Part shown: positions 39,343 through 49,471 of the stretch, piece by piece | Position numbering within the stretch: position 1 is the first letter of the stretch | How the letters are laid out: each line of letters opens with the position of its first letter | From: an uncultured Verrucomicrobiae bacterium | Lineage (GTDB): Bacteria > Verrucomicrobiota > Verrucomicrobiia > Limisphaerales > Palsa-1400 | DNA: 64,000 bases | Reading direction: 5' to 3' | Assembly: GCA_963707025.1 (NCBI GenBank) | Contig: CAVPOM010000012.1 | Span: 224,001-288,000 of the forward strand | Notes under the pieces: generated by a model | Database searches by the model: none | What the model was told of the DNA's origin: nothing | The model's input: only the letters and a program-made list of their open reading frames with translations | Program-made: the position numbers and the translations under genes

Positions 39343-40939
39343 CTACTTTTTTGCGCTCCATACGGCCATCATGTCGGGCGATCCCTGGTTATGCACATTG
39401 TTGTCGGTCAGGATGGCGTCGGTGTCCTCCAACATCTGCTCCCGTGGAAAGACCAGGCTGTCGCTGTAGCGACCGAAGAAATCAATGGAGACGAATTGTT
39501 CCTTGCAGTCCCGCAAGACCTGGACCAAATGCGCCAGGTTCTTGATGGGAATGCCGTTGAGGGCTTTGACAACCTGGGTGACCGGGCTGGGGTAGTTCTC
39601 GGAAAGCTTGTGCTGGAAAACCGAGGTGACCACCACCAGGCGTTCTCCTTCGAATTTGGGGAGATCGTCGCACCGGCTCACCAGCGGAGTGTCCTCGTCC
39701 AGAATATGCAGGGTCGCATTCAGCCCGGTGCTGCCGGCAATGGCGCCGCTGATCCAATCGTAAAAGAGGTCCTGGGAAGCGTCGGAAAAGACCAGGGGAC
39801 CGAAGACAAAATAGTCCGGATAGGCGCCGTTGAGAGCAGGGAGAAGGCGGGGAGGGCTGGATTGGATCGGCACCTTCAGGTGGAGAGGGTGGCCCGATCT
39901 GATCACCGTCAGCGGCACCCTCCCCTCAACGGCGGTTTGGTTGAACAGGTAAGGGAACGCAACATGCAGGCCATTTTCCAGTTGAATCATCCCCTCGTCA
40001 TCGAGCTGGCTGTTGCCCGCTTGGGTGATGATATCCCATTTGCGCAGAGGGTTATCGGCAGGGACCGTGCCCATTTGCTGGATCACGACACCATGGACCG
40101 ATTTATCCACGCCCAGGAAGGAACGAAGGGCGGGATGTCGCAGTTCCTGCATGACGACATCCAAGCTCGGGCGGCCATGGTAGCTTCCCTCCCGGATGGC
40201 TTTGAGGAACAAGTCAATCTCCTCGCAAGGAATGATGTAACTGATCTTCTCCCCCTTGCCCGGAGGGGGAAACGACAGGCCGATCATCGTATCCCCCATC
40301 ACCACCGGTCCTCCGCTGCAGCCTGGATTGATGGGGGCGTCCACTTGGATACGCAGGCCGCTGGCGCCGTTGTAGGAGGTGAAATCAACGCGCGAGACCG
40401 TGCCCTTGGTGGTCGCAACGCTGGCTCCCCCGGACGGAAAACCATAAGCCGTGACGGAGTCTTTGGCTTGTGGCAATCTCAGGGTGCGCGGCAATGGGGG
40501 ATGGGTGTTAAAGAAAGTATCATCGTCCAGTTTAAGCACCGCCAAATCAATTTCCGGTGAAATCCCCTCCACGGTCGCGTTGACATTGTCTCCCGGCTTG
40601 GTTCCCCTTGATTTGCAGTTCGCTGGCGTAAGCCACCGCGTTGGCGGTGGTAAGAATCCGCTTGCCCTCAATGACGACGCCGCTGGAGGAAGCTGAAAAG
40701 GGTGATTTCTTGCTCCAGGGCTGGAACCGGTCGGGGTAACGGAGGGTGGAGATGATTTGGACAACGGATTTGCCAACCACGTCAGGATTGGCATCCGCAG
40801 CGGGCGGGGCGGATTGCGGCGGCGGATCGCCGGCGGCTTGGGTGACGGCGCCAAAAAGACAGCCGGCCAGGCCAACAAAAGTGGAAAGTCGGCGCCGGTG
40901 AGAACCGGGGCTTTTCTTCGTAATCATGAGACGGGACAT
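39343..40939 (-). CDS. DegP/HtrA-like (Deg2-type) protease homologue with PDZ domains; frameshift near 40593
   Basis: SSGVVIEGKRILT, DLAVL, GFPSGG, INPGCSGGP, GLVF-like GPLVF. Confidence 0.85.
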
Positions 40940-41083
40940 AAAAACTCATTCTGCCAAGGCCACACAGCCATTTCAAGGATTACGACTGCTACGATTGTGT
41001 TACGACTCCCTTTGCTATTGCGGCGCCTCTCACGTTCCTGCTTAGATCGGGGTTGTGAACCAGCAGAACCAGGAAGTTAATAC

Positions 41084-43570
41084 TTGAGAAGCACTCCGAC
41101 AGCCGGGAACACGGAAACCAAACAGGCGGTTTGCGTCAGCCTTTTTCTGGCGCTGGCGGTTCTGGCCGTGTTTGGCCAGACGGCGCATTTCGGGTTCGTC
41201 GGTTACGATGATAACGAGAATGTGTATGAGAACCCCGTGGTGGAAAAGGGTCTGTCAGTCCAAGCGGCGGGCTGGGCCTTTACTCACCCTCAGACTGGCA
41301 ATTGGATTCCTCTCACCACACTTTCCCACATGCTGGATTGCCAGGTTTTCGGCCTGAATGCCGGCGATCATCACCTGGTCAATGTCCTGTGGCACGCCGC
41401 CAGCGCCGTGCTGCTGTTCCTGGTGCTTCGGCAGATGACCGGCAGCCTGTGGCGCAGCGCCTTTGCGGCGGCCGTCTTCGCCGTCCATCCGCTCCGGGCC
41501 GAATCGGTCGCCTGGGTCTCCGAGCGCAAGGATGTCTTGAGCGGATTCTTTTTCATATTGACCATCGGGGCTTATGTCCGCAACGTGCGCCAGCCATCCT
41601 ATTTTGGGTATATCGCGGTGGTTTTGTTGTTTGGCCTGGGCCTTTTGGCCAAAAGCATGGTGGCCACTCTGCCGTTTGTGTTGCTGCTGCTGGATTATTG
41701 GCCGCTGGGACGTTTCCAAAATTGGCGGCAATTCCCCCGTCTGGTTGCCGAAAAAATTCCGCTGTTTGCCCTTTCTGCGGCGGCGTGCGCGGCGGCGGCG
41801 CTTGTGCCCGGACTGGTGGTAGCTGGCGCCCTTCGGGTTCCGGTTTTTGAGCGCCTCTGTAATGCCGCGGTTTCTTGCGTCGTTTATTTGAGGCAGATGA
41901 TTTTCCCTATTGAACTGGCCATCCCCTATCCGATTCTCCGAAACGGGCAGCCTATGTCGCAGGTATTCCTGGCGTTGGTTCTGCTGGCCGCGATCACGGC
42001 GCTTGCGATGATGTGGCGCAAGAAGCATCCCTGCCTGCTGATGGGCTGGCTCTGGTATCTGGCCATGTTGGTTCCGGTAATCGGGATCGTTCAAATATCG
42101 AGCGATGCGGCTCATGCCGATCGGTACACCTATCTTCCTGGAATCGGTTTGGTTATTGCACTGATTTGGACGGTGGCGGATTGGAGGGTCAAGTGGGAGC
42201 CTCGTCGGGTGATTTTGGGCGGGTTGATGGCCGCGGTGGTTGCCGTATTGGCAGCATTGGGCCGCAATCAGACTTCATACTGGCGCAATGATGAAGCGCT
42301 CTGGTCACGCGCACTGGCTTGCACGTCCAGCAACAGCATTGCCTGCAATAATCTGGGCGCTGTTCTTGACAAAAATGGCAAATTGGAGCCAGCCATCGCG
42401 CTATTCCGCAAAGCTCTGGCAATTGAACCGGATTATTTGGCGTCCCTGAACAACTTGGGCAATGCCCTCGAAATGAAAGGAGAGACGGAGGGCGCCATCG
42501 CGGAATACCGCAAGGCGCTGCGCATAAAACCTGCCTCCGAGTTCAGCCGGAACAGATTGGGAGTTATTCTTGCCAACAAGGGAGGGACCGGGGAAGCCAT
42601 CGCACAATACCGCAAGGTCTTGGAAATGGATCCCGCCTTTGCGCAAGCTCATCTGAATTTAGGCGTTCTTCTTGGCAAGAGCGGGCAGGTCGAGGAAGCC
42701 ATCGCGCAATACCGCAAGACGCTTGAACTCAAGCCCGATTGTGCCGAGGCCCATCTTGGCCTGGGAGCCGCCCTTGGCGCAAAGGAGCAGTGGGCGGAGG
42801 CCGTCGCGCATTTCCGCAAAGCCCTGGAACTCAAGCCCGGTTATGCGGAGGCCCATTTCGGCCTGGGCGCCGCCTTCGCCGCAAGGGAGCAATGGGAGGA
42901 AGCCATCGCGCAATACCGCAAGGCCCTGGAACTCAAGCCCGATTATACGGAGGCGAAATTCGGCCTTGGCAAGGCTCTGCTCCGCAAAGGAGACTTTGAC
43001 GGGGCCGTGGCCTGCTTCCAAAAAACCACCGCCATGAGTCTGGATCCACTGGCAACCTGGCTCAACCTAGGCGGCGACTTCGTTCAAAGAGGGGATTGGG
43101 AGGAAGTCAAGGTGTGTTATCGGCAAGCAATCAAAATTAATGCCCGATGTGCCGATGCTTACGCGAATCTTGGTCTGGCTTTTTTCCAGGAAGGAGAGGG
43201 CAAGGAGGCCATGAACTCCTGGCAACAGGCCCTGGAAATCAAGCCCGACCAGGCCAATGTCCAGAACAACCTTGCGTGGCTGTTGGCCACGACACCCGAC
43301 AGGTCGCTCCGCGACGGCGCAAAAGCCGTGGCGCTGGCGGAAGAGGCCAAGAAGTTGACGGAAGGCAGCAACGCCGCGGTGCTGCACACGCTGGCGGTCG
43401 CTTATGCGGAGACGGGGCGTTATGAGGAGGCGGCCGCCACGGCCCGGCGCGCCCTGGAGTTGGCAACAGCGCAAAAGAACGGTGATCTGACCACCAAGTT
43501 GCCGGCGGAAATCAAACTATATAAGGCGAAGACCCCGATGCGGGATGGGCCGCCGGGAGAAGGCGGTTGA
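41084..43570 (+). CDS. TMTC-like GT-C glycosyltransferase with TPR repeats
   Basis: GYDD, WIPLT, HPLRAESVAWVSERKD, ADRYTYLP, many TPRs, NNLAWLLAT. Confidence 0.9.
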   Translation: MRSTPTAGNTETKQAVCVSLFLALAVLAVFGQTAHFGFVGYDDNENVYENPVVEKGLSVQAAGWAFTHPQTGNWIPLTTLSHMLDCQVFGLNAGDHHLVNVLWHAASAVLLFLVLRQMTGSLWRSAFAAAVFAVHPLRAESVAWVSERKDVLSGFFFILTIGAYVRNVRQPSYFGYIAVVLLFGLGLLAKSMVATLPFVLLLLDYWPLGRFQNWRQFPRLVAEKIPLFALSAAACAAAALVPGLVVAGALRVPVFERLCNAAVSCVVYLRQMIFPIELAIPYPILRNGQPMSQVFLALVLLAAITALAMMWRKKHPCLLMGWLWYLAMLVPVIGIVQISSDAAHADRYTYLPGIGLVIALIWTVADWRVKWEPRRVILGGLMAAVVAVLAALGRNQTSYWRNDEALWSRALACTSSNSIACNNLGAVLDKNGKLEPAIALFRKALAIEPDYLASLNNLGNALEMKGETEGAIAEYRKALRIKPASEFSRNRLGVILANKGGTGEAIAQYRKVLEMDPAFAQAHLNLGVLLGKSGQVEEAIAQYRKTLELKPDCAEAHLGLGAALGAKEQWAEAVAHFRKALELKPGYAEAHFGLGAAFAAREQWEEAIAQYRKALELKPDYTEAKFGLGKALLRKGDFDGAVACFQKTTAMSLDPLATWLNLGGDFVQRGDWEEVKVCYRQAIKINARCADAYANLGLAFFQEGEGKEAMNSWQQALEIKPDQANVQNNLAWLLATTPDRSLRDGAKAVALAEEAKKLTEGSNAAVLHTLAVAYAETGRYEEAAATARRALELATAQKNGDLTTKLPAEIKLYKAKTPMRDGPPGEGG

Positions 43571-43603
43571 AAAGCTGAAAAACTGGAAACCAAAGCCTGA
43601 AAC

Positions 43604-46147
43604 TTGAAATCGAACCGAAAAGCAGGAAGAACGGAAACCAGGCAAGTGGTGTGTGTTTGCATTTTTCTGGTGCTGGCGGTTCTGGCCGTCTTTGGACAGA
43701 CCGCGCATTTCGAATTCCTCGGCTACGATGATCAACTATATGTTTTTCAGAATCCGGTGGTGGAAAGGGGGGTGTCCGTGCAGGCTCTTGGCTGGGCCTT
43801 CACTCACGCGCAGGTCGCAAACTGGATTCCCCTCACCACGCTTTCCCACATGCTGGACTGCCAGTTGTTCGGGTTGCACGCAGGCGGACATCACCTGGTC
43901 AATGTGTTGTGGCACGCTGCCAACGCGGTGCTGCTGTTTTTGGTGTTCCGCCAGATGACTGGCAGCCTGTGGCGCAGCGCCTTTGTGGCGGCGGTGTTCG
44001 GCGTCCATCCCTTGCGGGCCGAATCGGTCGCGTGGGTGTCGGAACGCAAGGACGTGTTGAGCGGATTCTTTTTCATATTGACCATCGGAGCCTATGTCCG
44101 CTGGGTTCGAAAGCGATCGCTTGCCGGGAATTTGGCGGTGGTTTTGCTGTTTGCCTTGGGGCTGATGGCCAAGAGCATGGTGGCCACTCTGCCGTTTGTG
44201 TTGTTGCTGCTGGATTATTGGCCGCTGGGACGGATGGCAGGAAAGCAAGGAGCCGAACGTGGAGAAGAGAAGGCGGAAAGCGGGGGGCGGAGAACTCCGG
44301 GTGCGCCTTTTTGGGGTTTGGTGAAGGAGAAGATTCCGTTGTTTGCCATTTCGGCGATATCGTGCGTTGCGACGGCGCTCGTGCCCGGACTGATCGTTCC
44401 TTACCGAATTCCCATCCTTGAACGCTTGGGCAATGCCCTGGTTTCTTATGTGATTTATCTTCGGCAAATGGTTTTTCCGGTGGAATTGGCCGCGCATTAT
44501 CCAAATGCGCCCCAGGGGCAGGCGCCAGGGATGGTCTGTCTGGCCTTTGTCTTATTGGCCGCCATCACCGCGGCGGCGGTTGTCTGGCGCAAGAAGCATC
44601 CCTGCCTGCTAATGGGCTGGCTCTGGTATCTGGGAATATTGTTTCCAGTGATCGGCATCATTCAAATATCGAGCGATGCGGCTCATGCGGACCGTTACAC
44701 GTACCTGCCGGAAATCGGCCTGGCCGTTGCCTTGACTTGGGCGGTGGCGGATTGGAGTGCGAAGTGGGAGGGGCGGCGAGTGATATTGGGCGGGTTAATG
44801 GCGGCGGTGATTGGCGTATTGGCAGCATGGGGCCGCAATCAGACTTCATACTGGTGCAATGATGAAGCGCTCTGGTCACGCGCACTGGCCTGCACCTCCG
44901 ATACCCAGGGCAATGATTTCAACAGCGTGGCCCACAACGGTCTGGGCAATGCACTTTCCAAGAAGGGAAGGAAGGACGACGCCATCGCGCAATACCGAAA
45001 AGCGCTGGAGATCAATCCGGCCTACAAGGTGGCCCACATGAATCTGGGAATTGCCCTGTTCGACAAAGGGGAGAAGGAAGCAGCCATTGCGGAATACCAG
45101 GCAGCGCTGAAGCTGGATCCTGATTACGCGGAGGCCCGCTACAACCTGGGCGTTGATCTCTCCGCGGAGGGACGGAAGGAGGAAGCCCTCGCCCAATATC
45201 GCAAAGCTTTGGAGATCAATCCTGATTATGCCGAAGCAGGTTATAACATGGGGAATGCACTTTTGCAGCTAGGCAAAATGGAGGAGGCCATCGCCGAATA
45301 CCGAAGAATCCTGCAAATCACGCCTGATGACGCGCGAATTCTCAATAACCTGGGAATCGCCCTGTCCATCAAGGGAGAGAAAGAGAGTGCGATGGCGTTA
45401 TTCCGCAAGTCGCTCAATGCCAAACCTGATTTTGTGGATGCCCACTACGACCTCGGCGCAGCACTCGTCAAGATCGGCAAGCTGGATGAAGCCATGGCGC
45501 ATTTTCGCAAGGCGTTGGAGATCAATCCTAATTACGTGAAAGCCCGGTTCGGCCTCGGCAAAGCCCTTCTCCGAAAAGGAGATTTTGACACGGCCCTGAC
45601 CTGCTTCCAAGGATCCACTCCTCCAAGCCCAGATTCCCTGACAAGATGGGGCAACCTCGGCAAGGTCCTGCTGGAAAACCTAGATTTCGAAGAGGCGATT
45701 GTCTGCTATCGGCAGGCGTTAGAAATCGCTCCCCACTCCGCAGAAGTGCAGGCCGAGCTCGGAAGGGCATTGGTGCAGGTGGGGGAAACCAGGGAGGCCA
45801 TGGAGGCCTGGCAAGAGGCGTTGGAAATCGAGCCGGACCAAGCCAAGGTCCAGAACAATCTGGCTTGGTTGCTGGCCACGACGCCAGACGCCACACTGCG
45901 CAATGGCCCAAAAGCGGTGGCACTGGCCGAACAGGCCAAGCAGTTGATCGGAGGCGCCGATCCGATGGTCCTGCGCACCTTGGCGGCGGCTTATGCGGAA
46001 ACGGGGCGTTTTGGTGATGCGACTGCCGAAGCCCGGCGCGCTCTCGATTTGGCAGCGGCACAAAAGAATACCGATCTGGCTGCCAGATTGCAGAAGGAGA
46101 TTAAGCTCTACGAGGCGGACACACCCCTGCGGGACGCGGCTTGGTGA
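43604..46147 (+). CDS. TMTC-like GT-C glycosyltransferase with TPR repeats (tandem paralogue)
   Basis: Same motifs as 41084-43570. Confidence 0.9.
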   Translation: MKSNRKAGRTETRQVVCVCIFLVLAVLAVFGQTAHFEFLGYDDQLYVFQNPVVERGVSVQALGWAFTHAQVANWIPLTTLSHMLDCQLFGLHAGGHHLVNVLWHAANAVLLFLVFRQMTGSLWRSAFVAAVFGVHPLRAESVAWVSERKDVLSGFFFILTIGAYVRWVRKRSLAGNLAVVLLFALGLMAKSMVATLPFVLLLLDYWPLGRMAGKQGAERGEEKAESGGRRTPGAPFWGLVKEKIPLFAISAISCVATALVPGLIVPYRIPILERLGNALVSYVIYLRQMVFPVELAAHYPNAPQGQAPGMVCLAFVLLAAITAAAVVWRKKHPCLLMGWLWYLGILFPVIGIIQISSDAAHADRYTYLPEIGLAVALTWAVADWSAKWEGRRVILGGLMAAVIGVLAAWGRNQTSYWCNDEALWSRALACTSDTQGNDFNSVAHNGLGNALSKKGRKDDAIAQYRKALEINPAYKVAHMNLGIALFDKGEKEAAIAEYQAALKLDPDYAEARYNLGVDLSAEGRKEEALAQYRKALEINPDYAEAGYNMGNALLQLGKMEEAIAEYRRILQITPDDARILNNLGIALSIKGEKESAMALFRKSLNAKPDFVDAHYDLGAALVKIGKLDEAMAHFRKALEINPNYVKARFGLGKALLRKGDFDTALTCFQGSTPPSPDSLTRWGNLGKVLLENLDFEEAIVCYRQALEIAPHSAEVQAELGRALVQVGETREAMEAWQEALEIEPDQAKVQNNLAWLLATTPDATLRNGPKAVALAEQAKQLIGGADPMVLRTLAAAYAETGRFGDATAEARRALDLAAAQKNTDLAARLQKEIKLYEADTPLRDAAW

Positions 46148-46148
46148 G

Positions 46149-46907
46149 TCATGGCATCGAAGGCACACTTCCTTCGGGATTCTCCTGAGCCTTGATTACC
46201 TCCTCTTCAGTGAGGGCGGGATGAAACCGCATGGCGGGAGTCATTTCCATCTCATTTGTAAGAATTTGAGGATTCTCCTGAGCCCTGATTACCTCCTCTT
46301 CAGTGAGGGGGAGATGGAACCGCATGGCGGGAGTCATTTCCCTCTCATCACCAGGATTTCGTCGCGTTGTTTCCGCAGAGTTCCTGGCTATTGTAGGTTG
46401 GGCGCCTGCCAGATTGTTGAAACCATTGTCTTTCATCGAAAGAGTAATGCTGGCTCCTGAGTTGATAATGTCAACCTTCTCCTGGCCGACATAAAGCTTG
46501 ACCAATTCCACCACGGCCTGCTTTGTGCCTAAACCCACCGTCCCTTTGTCACCTTCGGCGAGGGCCAGGTAGGACGTTAGTCTCTGCCCGTGTGGGTCGG
46601 GGTTTTCCGTATTGACCGCTAGTAATACCTTCCATTGATTTCCAATCCGCATGAACCCGCTCAAAATCACCACCGGCAGGTGGGGGGACGGGGGTTTGGC
46701 TGGTTCCGGTGGAGGGGGGGGCGGATTCAAACGAAACACATTCCTGGCAATGATGACCGAGTAGGGATTGGCATTGGCAGCGGAGGCGGACGCAACGGCG
46801 GGCGCGGGCGAAGCATCCTCCGTCCCGGCAAGACACGCCCCCTGGGCGGCGAGCAAAACTGACCCGCCGACCATGCCACCCCATGCCATTTTTGAACGCA
46901 CGCTCAT
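46149..46907 (-). CDS. Exported hypothetical protein (GspC/PilP-like features)
   Basis: Signal-like N-terminus, NPYSVIIARNVFRL, poly-Pro, LSG, LAEGD; duplicated C-terminus. Confidence 0.6.
   Translation of the reverse strand: MSVRSKMAWGGMVGGSVLLAAQGACLAGTEDASPAPAVASASAANANPYSVIIARNVFRLNPPPPPPEPAKPPSPHLPVVILSGFMRIGNQWKVLLAVNTENPDPHGQRLTSYLALAEGDKGTVGLGTKQAVVELVKLYVGQEKVDIINSGASITLSMKDNGFNNLAGAQPTIARNSAETTRRNPGDEREMTPAMRFHLPLTEEEVIRAQENPQILTNEMEMTPAMRFHPALTEEEVIKAQENPEGSVPSMP
46177..46348. repeat. Two-copy direct repeat, 93-bp period, in frame
   Basis: EMTPAMRFH..LTEEEVI.AQENP encoded twice. Confidence 0.9.
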
Positions 46908-46965
46908 AACTTTGAAAATGTCTGATGAAAGGGCAACAGGCCGGCACCGGGATGTTTGTTTATTA

Positions 46966-47646
46966 TTATTGGCCGACCGGCACCAGCGCCTCAACGTCGA
47001 AACGAACCACGACGCGCGGGGGGAAGTTGCTGGGCGGCGGAAGGCTCATCTTTTTGGTGTTGGCGATGGCCAGGCGCACCGATTCGTCCCATTGCTTTTG
47101 ACCGGAGGTTTTCTTCCAGACCGGAGTGGTGATTTTGCCTGCTTTATCCACGGCGACTTCCACCTCGGCGACATTGGTGTGGTCGTCCACGTCCTTGGGG
47201 CGGTCCCAGTTGAAGCGCAGCGAACTCTCCAGCAGGCCCTTGTAAAGTTGCACGGGGTCCGAACTGGTCACGACGGCCTTGCCTCCATCGAACTCAAAGG
47301 CGGGCAGTTCCGCCGGAGGTGGCGCCACGGCGGGTGGCGCAGCGCTGCTGGGAGGGGGCGGCGCCGTGCTTCTGGGCGCTTCGATTTTCGCGACCTTGGC
47401 AGGCTCGGGCACGTCCACCTTTGCCTCCTCCACCTTGGGTTTGGGCAACACCTTGGGTTTTTCCGGCTCTTTGGGTTTTTCGTGGACCATCTCGACGGCG
47501 ATTTTATTCATGGTCTTGCCCATCCAGCCCTGCCGCGCGGCAAAGTAAAGCACCGACAGCACCAGAATTCCATGAAACGTCAGGGAGATGAGCAGATTCA
47601 CCTTCGATGAGTTTTTTGGTTTGCGCTTTTGCGAGCCGGGTAACAT
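46966..47646 (-). CDS. TonB/TolA-family energy transducer
   Basis: TM with SLTFH (SxxxH), EP/KP-rich linker, C-domain with KTSGQKQWDESVRLA. Confidence 0.85.
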   Translation of the reverse strand: MLPGSQKRKPKNSSKVNLLISLTFHGILVLSVLYFAARQGWMGKTMNKIAVEMVHEKPKEPEKPKVLPKPKVEEAKVDVPEPAKVAKIEAPRSTAPPPPSSAAPPAVAPPPAELPAFEFDGGKAVVTSSDPVQLYKGLLESSLRFNWDRPKDVDDHTNVAEVEVAVDKAGKITTPVWKKTSGQKQWDESVRLAIANTKKMSLPPPSNFPPRVVVRFDVEALVPVGQ

Positions 47647-47655
47647 GGGGCCTCG

Positions 47656-47859
47656 TTATTGGTTATCTGCCGTCGCAGCCGCCACATCCAGGTTGGGGAG
47701 GTTGACTTGCTGGCGGGCCGGAGCGCCGTCAAACTGAACGCCCTGGCGTTTGACGCCCGGCGGATCATTTTTCATTTGTCTGCTCATTGCAACGAATCGT
47801 TCCATAATCCAAAGTGCGACCGCGGACAATAATTTATGGTGGAGCTTGCGCATCACTCA
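47656..47859 (-). CDS. Small hypothetical ORF or deletion relic
   Basis: Lies directly behind a Pho-like promoter and 9 nt before tonB. Confidence 0.3.
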
Positions 47860-47867
47860 TGGCGGCG

Positions 47868-47922
47868 ATTGTATATGCCTTTTGTTACAAACGTGCGTTG
47901 AATTCGTTACGATTGGGTGAAT
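47868..47922 (-). promoter_or_regulatory. Pho-box-like promoter of the tonB unit
   Basis: ATTCAC-N5-CGTAAC-N16-TGTAAC-N10-TACAAT. Confidence 0.6.
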
Positions 47923-48039
47923 CCGCCGGGTCCATCATGGCTGCGGAGGAATTTGGAACCCGCCCGTTCGGCCATCGGGATCAAGCAGGAAGCCGGCCCC
48001 GCCCGCGGACGGGCTGATGAAGGCGCCTTTGATTGGAAG

Positions 48040-48285
48040 ATTGTGATAATTGCTGCTGCTGCCGTCCGCGTACCTGGACAGGGTCAATCGGACGATCGTT
48101 CCGGGCGCAACCGTCAATGCCGCCGGCGGTGAGCCCGTCACCGGGTTGTTGTCCCGGGAGGTCACCACCAGGGAGCAGCTTCCCGCCTGATTGCCCCTCA
48201 CATTATCCAGGCTCAACGTGGCGTTGGTCGCTCCGGGCAGGCTGGTGGCGGCTTGAAATTGCCACTGGCACGCAACGGCATTGTT
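48040..48285 (-). pseudogene. Ig-like domain gene fragment
   Basis: ACQWQF..LPGATNATLSLDNV...AGSCSLVVT...AALTV; no credible start. Confidence 0.65.
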
Positions 48286-48569
48286 ACATTTTGAGAAACA
48301 ATCTTCCTTGATTGTGAAGAATCGTTGACTTTGCGCGCGTGGGACGCGCGCGGGCCGCCCTTCCCAGCAAAACCCCTTTATTTTCAAGGGTTTTATCAAT
48401 TTCCGCGAAGGTCTCATTTTGCGTCAACCATGTCCTTTTATTGAGGCGCAGGTTTTTGGCATCGCTTTAGACTGGTGCTTGCGTTGAGAGAAAAGTTGTT
48501 CGCTCCCGATGGTTTTCCTGGCTTCGCTCAGGAATTCAACGAATTTTCAAATGCCAGACGAATGAGAAA

Positions 48570-49229
48570 TTGAATGGGACCGTGAAGAAATTGAGCAAAA
48601 TAACGCTGAAACTGGGCGTTCCCTTATTGGCAATGGGCGTGTTGGCGGCGCACAGCGCCAAGGCGGCAATTGAAATTGATCTGACATCAACGACGGGCGG
48701 CAACACCGCTGCCGGCGTAGGCTATATGACGGCTCCGAGTGGAAGCTACTTTGACGGGTCTCACTTCGACCTGACGTTCTTGGGTAATATGCTCAATGCT
48801 TACACCACCACAGACGCGACTGGCGTGGCCGACACTACCACAACCACCACCAGCGACGGTGGCAACGTCGTGTACCATGTATATACACCTGGGCTTGGAT
48901 CGCTCCCCGGGCCTGCGGAGGACATCACCATGTACTCCGGCAATAACGGGACAACGGAGCAAATCTACATTCCTAGCGGAACGCGGTATCTCGCCGCGCA
49001 GTGGGATGACGGGCATGCCGGGACGGCAGTTTATGACGTTGCGGCCTTCGTGGGAACAACGATCACCCTTGAGAACGACGTTCCTACTCAACAGACTGCA
49101 GGTCTTTCGGATTATTGGCTGGCCACCACGCCGGTTCCAGAACCCACCACCATCATCTCCGGCTTGTTGCTCCTGCTGCCCTTTGGGGCATGCGCGCTGC
49201 GGATTCTGCGCAGGCGCAAAGCGCGCTGA
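48570..49229 (+). CDS. PEP-CTERM protein
   Basis: Signal peptide; VPEPTTIISGLLLLLPFG...RRRK. Confidence 0.9.
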   Translation: MNGTVKKLSKITLKLGVPLLAMGVLAAHSAKAAIEIDLTSTTGGNTAAGVGYMTAPSGSYFDGSHFDLTFLGNMLNAYTTTDATGVADTTTTTTSDGGNVVYHVYTPGLGSLPGPAEDITMYSGNNGTTEQIYIPSGTRYLAAQWDDGHAGTAVYDVAAFVGTTITLENDVPTQQTAGLSDYWLATTPVPEPTTIISGLLLLLPFGACALRILRRRKAR

Positions 49230-49314
49230 CCGTTAAGCCCCTTGGCGTTTCTCCATTCTTTGTCCCTCTTCGGGCCGGCCACCAGCCCGGCCTGCTTCTT
49301 TTGCCATGACAATT

Positions 49315-49345
49315 CAAGCCGGTCATCAAGACCGGCTTGTTTTTT
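49315..49345 (+). terminator. Intrinsic terminator
   Basis: CAAGCCGGTC-ATCAA-GACCGGCTTG-T6. Confidence 0.85.
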
Positions 49346-49471
49346 GGCGCGGGCTAATTTGAAAAAAGGAGGAGGGGTAAAAAAAATCTTGGGGAGCGCA
49401 CACGCCCTGGCACCGTGCCGGGCGCATGTGCTCCCCAATTCAGGACACACAATTTGCCGTTGCGCGAAGTC

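Noticed and set aside
42600..42960. ~102-bp DNA repeats
   Set aside because: Explained by 34-aa TPR units
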